Position numbers and translations under genes: made by a program
The notes under the pieces: model-generated
Databases searched by the model: none
What the model saw: the letters and a program-made list of their open reading frames with translations, nothing else
What the model was told of the DNA's origin: nothing
Shown: positions 29,389 to 42,694 of the stretch, piece by piece
How positions within the stretch are numbered: position 1 is the stretch's first letter
Layout: each line of letters begins with the position of its first letter
Assembly: GCA_964016885.1 (NCBI GenBank)
Contig: OZ024745.1
Coordinates: 106,578,001-106,642,000, forward strand
Reading direction: 5' to 3'
Length of the DNA stretch: 64,000 bases
From: Eledone cirrhosa
Lineage: Eukaryota

Positions 29389-31070
29389 CAGCGCGTATGT
29401 ATGTATACATCTAAACACATCTATCTTAATACATGAATATATAGACATATAAATACATAAGTATCTGTACTCATATATGCCGGATTGTCTTCACTTTCAC
29501 AAGAATAATAATGAATATGTTCATGTTTTAGCTAATTGAGGTAGAAATGGTTATAGCCTGGTAGATGATCCTCAAATATCTGAACCTGCAAGCAAATACT
29601 TGCTTCCCACCCTACACTTCATCTAGAATTTTCAAAAGTCATCCATCATTCAGTCTATGTGTGCAAATCTGAACGCTACTAGATTTGATGGAGACTTAAA
29701 CGAATTTCCTGTCACTGTCATGTGATTACATTCAAAAGCAATAAATTAGGAATAACTCTCGGCCAACCACATTACCATTCACCACACCGTCACATCCAAT
29801 TCCGGAACCTGAAACACCAACACATCCACCGCTAACATAATCATTATTACCATTATCGCTCCTATCACAATCTCTTAATCCATAGCATAATGAGAAGGAA
29901 TATCAAAGCCTCTCAAGATTTAGTAAGATTGTAATATCAGATATTGAATGTTTACCATTACAGTCACTAGCATCACTATCACTGCCACGACTTTCCAGGA
30001 AGACAACTATAATAACAGTAATAATACCAGTATCAAAAGCAGCAAAAATGATAGGAAAAGAGAAGATCACAACGCGACTGAAACAAAAACCAATGCAAAT
30101 AACAGGTCGACAAGGGAGCTTCTACTTGATCTGTTACAAACAGTATCCAAATCTCCAACAAATAACAGCTCGCCATCTTAACAACGACGCATTGAATGTT
30201 ATGATCCTGAGATCCCTGCACATGGGAAAAAGTGACATAGTCACGACTGGAATGCCTTTGATCATTGGTCAGATCGATTACAAACTGAATTAAGTTTGAA
30301 TTAAAAGAACAATTACTGCAATAAATATTAGCGCATATCGACGATCTTACGGGAAAACCTGTACCAGGTCGCTTGACCCGTTAGAAATAGCAGCTAAGTC
30401 TAATTAAAATATAAGCTTACCAAAGAGGATATATTGGATAATATATCTATAAACACATTATGATTTTTCAAAAAAGAAATCTAATGACCATTGCTGATCA
30501 TAGATCCCTTCAATTCAAGCTGGCTTTTAAGAAAACGTGACAAATATTTACTCTCCCTAATGAGTAATCATTTTCCCAATGACCATAAGCTCTAAAAACT
30601 TTCCAATAAAATGTCATTAAGTTGAATTGTAATCGGACGTAAAGCATAGGAGATCTAATTAACATCATTGGCTACAATACAAAATTTCAGCACCAAATAT
30701 GCAGAGAAAGAAACTCACATTCAATTGCCGAAACTGAAAATTCAAGCATGTTGAGAAAGGTATCGTACACTGAACTGTTATCAGTTTTCAATACCATGAA
30801 TTGGTCTGCACATGGTTTCCCACACACATGAGAACTCTTCCCAACTCCCTTCATGCCGGCATCACTGGTTTAGCGATTCTGTGTTGTAAATACAGGCAGA
30901 TTAATTGATAAAGTTTATCCAACTGTTTACCACACTTTTATTTAATCCATTTCACTGATAATGCTTCCGTAGACCACCAGCTATAGTAGAAGACTTACAA
31001 AACAGAGCAGTGGAGTAGGATCGAATTGAGAGTCAAATGGTTGTAAAGTTTAGACTCACAACTATGGTAT

Positions 31071-31356
31071 TGTCTAACTCTAAAGTCTGTCTTAAGCCAG
31101 AAGGCTCATTTGGCCGGTGCCTAACCCGGTTTCATGGCGTGAATCAACTGAGAGTACAAGACTCTCCCCTGGACAAGACGCCAGTCTATCGCATGGTTAA
31201 ACCGCCAGCTATTGCTGGTACTCATTTTCAGCTGAGTATACTGCAGCAACGCATAGCAAGTGTTTCCTCAAGAACACAACACGCAACCCAGGAATCGAAC
31301 CCACGACATTATGATCGTAAGTCCAAAACCCTTACTGCTAGGCCACGTGCCTCCAC
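31071..31356 (-). mobile_element. tRNA-derived SINE of a second family (V/Meta-domain-like)
   Basis: Minus strand GGAGGCACGTGGCCTAGCAGTAAGG (A box), GGTTCGATTCC (B box), TGTTGTGTTCTTGAGGAAACACTT, GCGATAGACTGGCGTCTTGTCCAGGGG; possible TSD CTATGGTAT. Confidence 0.8.
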
Positions 31357-31499
31357 CTATGGTATGGTATGGACCCATAACTCATGAGGAGTCGTAGGGG
31401 AGGCATATTGACATACGGTGTTTCTAGGACATTTCTTCCAGAGAAGGATAGAGAGAGTGATATAAATGAGGTAAGAAAGAGATATAGAGGAAAAATGGC

Positions 31500-31581
31500 C
31501 CTAGTACTTGACTGGTTCTTTTTTTATCGACCTCGAAAGGATGAAAGGTAAAGTTGGCCTCGGCGGGATTTGAACTCAGAG
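31500..31581 (-). mobile_element. Nin-domain SINE fragment
   Basis: TCGACCTCGAAAGGATGAAAGG...CGGCGGGATTTGAACTCAGA. Confidence 0.85.
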
Positions 31582-32227
31582 AGCTGTGGTGGTAAGGAGA
31601 AAAGGCACTTACCTCTCTGCGTCCCGGGAAACGTGCCGCTCAATTTCCATGCTGGTTGGGGATGGGTTGTTGGGTGGGGTGGTGGTTTGTGGAAGTGAAG
31701 GGGCATCAGTGTGTTGTGGGTTGGGGTGTTTGTGGTTAAGTGGGTGTCTGGGTGGGGTGGGGGGTGAATTTTTTTAGGAGGACGCGGTTGATTGGTTTGG
31801 CGCAGGGGGGGGGGGAGCACGTCCTCCGTGAAATTTATTTTCAGTGTTTTGTAAAAGTTCATTGGGACTTTATACTATAAAGCATTCTGTCCGACGTTCT
31901 AACGACTCTGCCAATTCACCCACGAAACACATAACTATATCTGCACCCAAGCATTTACAGAAAATCTTGTTACTCTAAGAAATACTAGTGTACACATACG
32001 TAGCCGTAGATATACATATGTAGTCACCAACTTATTCCCACGTGAGGGTGACTGTAAATATACAAAGGTATTGATAAATATCTGTTAAACTTGGCCTGGT
32101 TATTATAAATGACAAAAAGATTATTCGAACTCAAGTACACTCCATCGCAATTAACATATAATATTCTTCTCATTCTCACTCTCATTTCCTTTCCTCCTCT
32201 CTCATTATTTCTCTCTCTCTCTCTCTC

Positions 32228-33310
32228 TGTATGAATGTATGAATGTATGTATGTATGTGTGTATGTATGTATGTATGTATGTATGTATATATGGAGGTAT
32301 GTGTGTATGGATGGATGAATGTATGTATGTATGTGTGTATGTATGTGTGTCTGTATGTATGTGTGTATGTATGTTTGTATGGATGTATGTATGTATGGAT
32401 GGATGTATGTATGTATATATGGAAGTATGTGTGTATGGATGGATGAATGTATGTATGTGTGTGTGTATGTATGTGTGTATATGTATGTGTGTCTGTATGT
32501 ATGTATGTATGTATGTATGTATGTATGTATGTATGTATGGATGCATGTGTGTATGGATGGATGAATGTATGTATGTGTGTATGTATGTGTGTCTGTATGT
32601 ATGTGTGTATGTATATATGGATGTATGTATGGATGTATGTATGTATGTATGAATGAATGTATGTATGTATGTGTGTATGGATGGATGAATGTATGCATGT
32701 ATGTGTGTATGTATGTGTGTCTGTATGTATGTATGGATGTATGTATGTATGTATGGATGGATGTATGTATGTATATATGGAGGTATGTGTGTATGGATGG
32801 ATGAATGTATGTATGTGTGTGTGTATGTATGTGTGTCTGTATGTATGTGTGTATGTATGTATGGATGTATGTATGGATGAATGTATGTATGTATGGACGT
32901 ATGTGTGTATGGATGTATGGATGGATGAATGTATGTGTGTATGTATGTGTGTCTGTATGTATGTGTTTATGTATGTATGTATGGATGTATGTATGTATGG
33001 ATGTATGTGTGTATGTATGGATGTATGGATGTATGTATGGATGTATGTGTGTATGTATGTATATATGGATGTATGTGTGTATGGATGGATGAATGTATGT
33101 ATGTATGTGTGTATGTATGTGTGTCTGTATGTATGTGTGTATGTATGTATGTATGGATGAATGTATGTATGAATGAATGTGTGTGTATGTATGTATGTAT
33201 CTATGTATGTATGTATGTATGGATGGATGAATGGATGTATTTATGTGTGTGTTTATGTATGTATGGATGTATGTATGTATATGTGTCTGTATGTATGTGT
33301 GTATGTGTGT
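32228..33310. repeat. Complex (TGTA/TGGA/TGAA)n satellite with ~120-bp higher-order repeats
   Basis: Recurrent GTATGGATGGATGAATGTATG landmarks. Confidence 0.9.
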
Positions 33311-34102
33311 ATCCGGGAGAGATGACCCCTTAGCCTTTGTCAAGGCAGAATTCTAGGAGAAGGAAAACTCTGATATAACACCTGCAACCCTGATGGTATC
33401 CAATGATGTTGACTTGTTCTTCTTTTTGGTAAATATCATCTTGGTTAAGAGAGTGGGACTGGCTTTGTGCAGTGCCTTTGCTCACTATAAAAGCTTCACG
33501 GCACAGGCATTGCTTTATATCTGGAGATCTTGTCATCACATGGTGCCATGGGCCCAGCACTATGTGTCAATAATTGTCACAAATGTAGTGTTTGTACCAG
33601 AGTTTTCAAGTTGCTGGCTGGACTAAAAAGTCACACTCGTTCAGCGCATCGGTAGGGGTTCTCCTACATGGATATAAAGTAGTGGCTGTACTCGAAAACG
33701 AGTTGGCAGCCACCATGTATGTATGTATATATATATGTATGTATGTACGTACGTATGAATGAATGAATGAATGTATGTGTGTGTATGTATGTACGTATGT
33801 ATGTATGTGTGTCTGTGTGTGTGTGTGTGTGCGTGTGTGCTTAAATAAATAAATATATGTATATAACACATAATATATAAAGATAGATAGAGAGAGTGAA
33901 ATGGATGGGATAGGAAACATAGTTGGTTAGATGTCATCCCTATCTCTCTCGATATGTTCACCACATTTTCGTTTTCCCCGTTCTCTTTCCACTTGGAGGT
34001 TGGTATCTGCTTCCGTTCACCCGCCTGCGCCCCTTCCGGCCACCTTATTCTATGCACCTATTTGTTTTTTATTTATTGCAAACACACACACAAAAATACG
34101 CT

Positions 34103-34136
<34 letters not shown>

Positions 34137-34383
34137 CGTGTATGCGTGTGTGTGTGTGTGTGTGTGTGTGCGTGTGTGTGTATGTGTGTGTGTGCGTGTG
34201 AAAAAATTCAGGAGGACCCCGACTGCTGAGCTCCGGCCGTTTCAACACCTAGATGATTCGAACTGCCCCAAGTATCGAGTACTCTGGTGAGTAATAGTCT
34301 AACTGGTTTTGAGCACCTCCAATCTGATATATATGAATGTATATATATATATATATATTTTTTTTTTTTATATATATATATAT

Positions 34384-36348
34384 ATTAGAAAGATCGAGTA
34401 TCGAAAAATCGGCGCACGAGTTCACGATAAACAATATTCGAAATGAGCGGCAGAGTGCTCAATAATTCAGATGAATCAGAGCTATAACTATCGTTAAAAT
34501 ACCGTCACACATAGAACAAGTCTAAAATCAACCATACGATAAAAAAATCGATAATAGAAGATTCGGGACAATCAGATAAAAAATATCAATAAAACAATAC
34601 ATCAATAATTTAAATGAATGTAAAATCATACCCGGACCCACTAGAAAGGTGTTAAATCTAGCTTCTTGGGTTTCTGTAAATCCTTAGACTGTACTCTATC
34701 AGCTCACATATAAATATATAAGACTTCTAGAGCAAGCGGAATGGAAGTTTACTTCATCAACGAGCTTTTTCCTAGCGGATAAGAGGCTAACTACAAGCGA
34801 AATACGCACATGGAATCCGGCAAGGGAGATAACCTCTACATCCGCGAAAACTATTCGAGTAAATGTGGAAATACACATATCGAATAAAAGTGCTCAATAG
34901 ACATGTTAAAATAAAACAGGAGCTATTCATCACTCAATAGAATCGACAAAAAATGAGCAATAAAATTAACTGGTGGATAGCTATGTCCAGAGCTAAAAAT
35001 ATTAGAAAGATCGAGTATCGAAAAATCGGCGCACGAGTTCACGATAAACAATATTCGAAATGAGGCAGAGTGCTCAATAATTCAGATGAATCAGAGCTAT
35101 AACTATCGTTAAAATACCGTCACACATAGAACAAGTCTAAAATCAACCATACGATAAAAAAATCGAAAATAGAAGATTCGGGACAATCAGATAAAAAATA
35201 TCAATAAAACAATACATCAACAATTTAAATGAATGTAAAATCATACCCGGACCCACTAGAAAGGTGTTAAATCTAGCTTCTTGGGTTTCTGTAAATCCTT
35301 AGACTGTACTCTATCAGCTCACATATAAATATATAAGACTTCTAGAGCAAGCGGAATGGAAGTTTACTTCATCAACGAGCTTTTTCCTAGCGGATAAGAG
35401 GCTAACTACAAGCGAAATACGCACATGGAATCCGGCAAGGGAGATAACCTCTACATCCGCGAAAACTATTCGAGTAAATGTGGAAATACACATATCGAAT
35501 AAAAGTGCTCAATAGACATGTTAAAATAAAACAGGAGCTATTCATCACTCAATAGAATCGACAAAAAATGAGCAATAAAATTAACTGGTGGATAGCTATG
35601 TCCAGAGCTAAAAATATTAGAAAGATCGAGTATCGAAAAATCGGCGCACGAGTTCACGATAAACAATATTCGAAATGAGGCAGAGTGCTCAATAATTCAG
35701 ATGAATCAGAGCTATAACTATCGTTAAAATACCGTCACACATAGAACAAGTCTAAAATCAACCATACGATAAAAAATCGAAAATAGAAGATTCGGGACAA
35801 TCAGATAAAAAATATCAATAAAACAATACATCAATAATTTAAATGAATGTAAAATCATACCCGGACCCACTAGAAAGGTGTTAAATCTAGCTTCTTGGGT
35901 TTCTGTAAATCCTTAGACTGCACTCTATCAGCTCACATATAAATATATAAGACTTCTAGAGCAAGCGGAATGGAAGTTTACTTCAGCAACGAGCTTTTTC
36001 CTAGCGGATAAGAGGCTAACTACAAGCGAAATACGCACATGGAATCCGGCAAGGGAGATAACCTCTACATCCGCGAAAACTATTCGAGTAAATGTGGAAA
36101 TACACATATCGAATAAAAGTGCTCAATAGACATGTTAAAATAAAACAGGAGCTATTCATCACTCAATAGAATCGACAAAAAAATGAGCAATAAAATTAAC
36201 TGGTGGATAGCTATGTCCAGAGCTAAAAATATTAGAAAGATCGAGTATCGAAAAATCGGCGCACGAGTTCACGATAAACAATATTCGAAATGAGCGGCAG
36301 AGTGCTCAATAATTCAGATGAATCAGAGCTATAACTATCGTTAAAATA
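34384..36348 (-). repeat. Head-to-tail array of a ~615-bp unit (3 full copies plus 118-bp terminal redundancy) between (TA)n tracts
   Basis: ATTAGAAAGATCGAGTATCG starts at 34384, 35001, 35616 and 36231; copies differ at only a few positions. A diverged partial copy lies at 37518-37717 (+). Confidence 0.97.
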
Positions 36349-36370
36349 TATATATATATATATACATTTT

Positions 36371-36426
<56 letters not shown>

Positions 36427-36591
36427 AAAATGTGTGACCCCGACGGCAGAGCTCAAGCCGTTTCGACGGCTATTTCTGGCTTGAGCTCTGCCGTCGGGGT
36501 CATACATTTTCCTATTACCCACTCTACTACCCTAAGTATTGAGTACTCTGGTGCGTTATGGTCCATCTGGTTCCTTACCACAACACCTTTG

Positions 36592-36629
<38 letters not shown>

Positions 36630-36634
<5 letters not shown>

Positions 36635-36800
36635 CCATGCGGAATTCCATTGAAAAGGAAGACTGTCGTCAGAGGGTTCTTTTCACTCGGAGAATATAAA
36701 ATTCCCGAGTTCAAATCACGAACTGGCGCCATTCAAAATTGTTCCCGAGATGAGAGTGAATGATAAAGAAGCAATTCTGTCTAGTGCCGTGTGCGAAGAT
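36630..36800 (-). repeat. Direct repeat of 37335-37505 (upstream part of family E)
   Basis: ATAATCCAT...TCGTCAGAGGGTTCTTTTCA...AGTGCCGTGTGC is present twice. Confidence 0.9.
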
Positions 36801-36947
36801 GGAAGGCAGAGGCGGAAAGGTCAATCTACTGTCACTAGAAATAGCAGCAGTTAAAACGACCAAAATGTTATCTCGACCAAGGGAGATTAACAATAATAAA
36901 GTATGTATCCCTACATGCAAAATACTTATAAAACTGTTTATATATTG

Positions 36948-37013
36948 TATTTTATCTGAAGAAGGCATGCCATATTTTTAATATGGTATCCCCGAAATAT
37001 GTATAATGAAATA
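36948..37013 (+). ncRNA. Type I hammerhead ribozyme (family D)
   Basis: Stem I TATTTTAT/ATGAAATA; CTGAAGA; stem II GG..ATGCCATATT(TTT)AATATGGTAT..CC; GAAA; short quasi-palindromic stem III; AUA cleavage triplet ending at 37005. Confidence 0.8.
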
Positions 37014-37297
37014 AATATGGTTTTATAAATATAGTTTCCATTTGTTTAATATCGTATATCTACTCCAAAACTTGTCGAGTGCTTTATATCAGTTATAAAA
37101 TATTTACTTGTTGTAACCCAACAATTTTATATAAAACTTTTGCATATATAGAGACACATGTATTATCCAACCGTATGACAATGTGGTTCTATGGCAGGTT
37201 AATAAATTAACGAGCCAGTACATGTATAATCAAGGTTTAACAAATAAGAAAAAGTTTTAAAATAAATTTTTAAAAGTTCACTGTACCTGCTGAAATT

Positions 37298-37382
37298 ACC
37301 CTTACCGTACGGTTTCAAATCTCAAAATAAATGGATAATCCATACGGAAATGCATTGAAAAGGAAGACGCTCGTCAGAGGGT
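37298..37382 (-). ncRNA. Type I hammerhead ribozyme (family E)
   Basis: Minus strand ACCCT-CTGACGA-[long imperfect stem II]-GAAA-CCGTACG-GTA-AGGGT; stem III is the perfect palindrome ACCGTACGGT. The homolog at ~40798 has ACCGATCGGT. Confidence 0.72.
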
Positions 37383-37713
37383 TCTTTTCACCTCGGAGAA
37401 TATAAAATTCCCGAGTTCAAATCACGAACTGGCGCTATTCAAAATTGTTCCCGAGATGAGAGTGTATGATGAAGAAGCAATTCTGTCCAGTGCCGTGTGC
37501 AAAGATATTTACTAATTTATTATTTGAGTGACCCGAATTTTCCTGGTCGTTTTTTTTCGGCTGTGCGAATGATTTTAGGCACCGTCTCTATGTGTTGGTA
37601 CTTTAACGATAGTTATAGCTCTGGTTCATCCAAACTATTGAGCCCTCTGCCACACATGTCGAAGATTGTTTATCGTTATTTCGTGGACCGAGATTCTGAT
37701 TCTCGATTATTTA

Positions 37714-37755
<42 letters not shown>

Positions 37756-38162
37756 TCAAGAGATAGATATTAAGTGAGAGAGGGAGTGAGAGAGTGTGTG
37801 TGAGCGAGACACATAGATAGAGACAGAGAGTGAGCGAAAGAGAGGATAGAACTCACTGACCACTAGAACACTCACCAGTACACTTATTCCACTTCCAATT
37901 ATTGCTAAAACCTTAGAACTACAATTTCAACCTCTGGAAATTTGGGACGGATTTCAGCATAAATACACTTTAATGAAGATTGACTGTCTCCGTACGAACA
38001 AGCGTATTTACATACATTTTCTCTATGTATTCATTCAGTTGTATACGTTTATGTGTGCAGTATACTTGTGTATATGTATACTTGTATGGATCTATCTATG
38101 TGTATGTGTGTGCGTGTGCGTGTGTGCGTGTGTGCGTGTGTGTGTGTGCGTGTGTGTGCGTG

Positions 38163-38235
<73 letters not shown>

Positions 38236-38479
38236 ATAAACATCTTTACGCTTGGTTAAATGCAGAGGAATAGTTTTCGCTGATTTATCTCAATTATATC
38301 CCCTCTTTCGCTTACTCTCTGACTCTCTCTCTCTCTCTCTATGTCTCTTTCTCACTCTCTCTCTCTCTATATATATATATGTCCCTCTCTCACTCTCTCT
38401 TTCTCACTTTACACCTATCTTTCAATAATTATATATATATATATATATGTATATATGCCTTTTCTTGCGTGAGTGTGTT

Positions 38480-38510
<31 letters not shown>

Positions 38511-38511
38511 G

Positions 38512-38571
<60 letters not shown>

Positions 38572-38703
38572 CATGTTTCTAAATAACCAATTGTTGATCT
38601 AATTAAATATTTCTCTTTTGCTTCCTCTCTCCGTTTCGCACCCTTTCTCTCTCTCTCTCTCCCCCTCTCTCTCTCTCTCTCTTCCTCTATCTCTTTCCCC
38701 CTC

Positions 38704-38812
<109 letters not shown>

Positions 38813-38920
38813 AGAGAAAGAGAAAGAGAAAGAGAGAGAAATAGAGAATGAGAGAGAGACGGGGAGAGAGGGAGAGAGAGAGAGAGAAATAGAGAATGTG
38901 AGAGAGAGAGGGTGTGAGGT

Positions 38921-39269
<349 letters not shown>

Positions 39270-39305
39270 ATGTGTGTGTGTGTATGTATATATATATATA
39301 TATAT

Positions 39306-39473
39306 ATAATATAAGATCAAAAGATGGTTAAAGGAGTTGCATTTATTTTATACATGGAACTCCTTTAACCATCTTTTGATCTTATATTATGCATACTCCA
39401 GTCCTACAAACTGTAGAGTGCTTCTTATCCGATATCTGCATTGCTTTATTGTACTACAATAAAACTCACCTCC

Positions 39474-39477
<4 letters not shown>
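39306..39477 (+). mobile_element. (TA)n-embedded terminus with perfect 33-bp foldback
   Basis: 39306-39338 is the reverse complement of 39358-39390, followed by ACTC-CAGT..ACTG-TA-GAGT. Confidence 0.65.
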
Positions 39478-39985
<508 letters not shown>

Positions 39986-40189
39986 CTTCATTCTGGCTAA
40001 CTTTCTTTTGCAATATAAATACAAATGTGTTGGTATCTGTTTCATCATATATATTACTCATATATATTACTTTTATACACGGCTCAGGAATATTTCCTTT
40101 TGAGCTAATTCCATTGTAAAAGAATTAATTACACTTAATATATATAAATATATATATTTATATATAAATATATATATATATATATATAA

Positions 40190-40378
40190 ATATTGGTAAA
40201 CGGAATAGAAAATGCTGACAAATTGTTCACAGTTGAAAAATGGTTTAATTAAAACTTTAAAACTTAAAACCACAACTGAATACTAACCCATACAATCACT
40301 AATACTCTTTTATTCCTAATTAAACCATTTTTCAACTGTGAACAATTTGTCAGCATTTTCTATTCCGTTTACCAATAT
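40190..40378. repeat. Perfect 62-bp inverted repeat with 65-bp spacer
   Basis: 40190-40251 versus 40317-40378. Confidence 0.92.
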
Positions 40379-40429
40379 ATAATAACTTGTGTGTTACACC
40401 TCTATTCTTTTAACTATATATAAATATAT

Positions 40430-40484
<55 letters not shown>

Positions 40485-40500
40485 AATATATATATATATA

Positions 40501-40568
<68 letters not shown>

Positions 40569-40574
40569 AATATA

Positions 40575-40892
40575 ATAGGATATGTGTTCCTTCACGCACA
40601 AGGCGCTAAGGGACGCATGTATTGTCCAACCAAATGCCAATGTGGTTCAATGGCAGGTTAATAAATTAACGAGCCAGAACATATATAATCATACGTTGAG
40701 AAAAAATTTGGTCGTTCCGACTGCTGCTAGTGATAGTGGCGGCCGATTTGAACAACCTCCAACGAAGGCCGTATGGTCTCCGTTTATTTTTGAGATTCGA
40801 AACCGATCGGTAAAGGTAACTATAGTAGGTAAAGTCAATTTTTTAAAATTTATTTTGAAACTTTTTCATTATTTGCTAAACCTTGATTATAT
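40575..40892. mobile_element. Rearranged family E copy (inverted 3' part plus direct part)
   Basis: 40611-40691 matches 37153-37231 directly; 40783-40890 matches 37225-37332 in reverse complement. Confidence 0.75.
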
Positions 40893-40920
40893 ATAAATAT
40901 ATATATATGTAAATATATAT

Positions 40921-41052
<132 letters not shown>

Positions 41053-41215
41053 GGTGTTGGATGCTTAAAGCGGTAGGCTGTATGAACACTCGATGCTCTC
41101 GTAGAGCAGAGTATGATATCACAGAAAAAAGAGAATCAATGTTGCGATGAAAGGAATTTATTGGACATATTACAATTGGAAAATCTGCTTCGTAGAATCG
41201 AGACGGATCGGAGGA

Positions 41216-41317
<102 letters not shown>

Positions 41318-42229
41318 GGAAATGTTACATAGGAGATTTATTGCCTAATTCTGATTACAAATGTTTCCCAAGAAGCTGGCTCGTGATCTGGGATGGCACC
41401 CCCAGACCAGACTCCAAGTTTGCCTGATCCTCAGACCAGTGTTAACACAACAAAAATCTCATCTAATCTGTGGACGGACCAGCAAAAGGCAAACAAGCAT
41501 ATAGAATGACCAAACATTGGCCTAGAATTCAACGGACGCATCGATCCCGAGCATTACAAGTAAAAAAACATTATAAACAAAAACACAAACAAAATTAACG
41601 GATATAAGTAAAGAACTAAAGAAATATATCCTCGTATACACGATCATACACGTGCATAAAATGCTTACACATACACACACCCTCTCACACGTAGAAATCG
41701 TACAAGTACATACATATACATACACACACCCTCTCTCTCACACACATATGCATATCTACACACATGCACACACTTATTACATATTATAGTCGGTTATTAC
41801 ATTTGAATTAAACTCCAAAGAATTAATCTAATGTGTATATATTGTTGATTCTGTTTAGCCCCAGGCCAACTTTGATGGAGTCTGGCTATGATTCAAGACA
41901 GTTCAGGCTTTCTTCGGGTATATTTCACAATTATCAAACATGTTTTAGTGGGGTTTTTTTAAGATAACGTGATTTGGGGAATATTTGGCTTCTATTTCGA
42001 GCAGGTCGAACAACCATGTTGATATATTGTTCTTTATGGCTAGTTATTTGAAGTAGTCAGCTGAAAGCTAACGTTTCGCTTTGTTATGTACAATCCACTT
42101 CTCTAAATCCTTCTTGAATTATCTCAGAGTTAGTTAGTCTTTTCTTTCGTCTGACGTTAAAATTTTCCCAAAGAAGGAAATGAACTGAGTACATGTATAT
42201 AACTAAGTGTAGTGGGTCATTTGTGTATG

Positions 42230-42286
<57 letters not shown>

Positions 42287-42370
42287 ATAGAAATAGGATT
42301 TGCTTCAAGCATAGCTGTATATATATATGTATAGAAATTTCGTATTTCTAAAGAAACACGGTATGTTATA

Positions 42371-42419
<49 letters not shown>

Positions 42420-42634
42420 CAAGTTGCGACGGTAAACAGAAAACAAAAAAACGTGGAAGCTAAGAGGCAGTACAAATATTATTATTAGTTTCACGCTTGA
42501 GAGTGAGGGATATATATATATAGTAATAATAATAAATGCGAAGACTAGAATCCAAAGAGGGCTCGATAAGGGTAAATATATATCAAATATATAAGAACCC
42601 TAGCGCAAATATTTATTTATATAAGAACCCTAGA

Positions 42635-42694
<60 letters not shown>

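Noticed and set aside
30600-30880. Possible ancient LINE RT N-terminal remnant
   Set aside because: Only a vague EL..V..MNWSA resemblance; too degraded to support.
33312-33400. CTAGGAGAAGGAAAACTCTG, reminiscent of RTE 5' UTRs
   Set aside because: Short match with no adjoining recognisable RTE ORF.
34384-36348. Possible rDNA/5S/snRNA cluster, LTR/TRIM array or CRISPR-like array
   Set aside because: No recognisable rRNA or snRNA motifs, no TG...CA ends, PBS or PPT, and no variable spacers.
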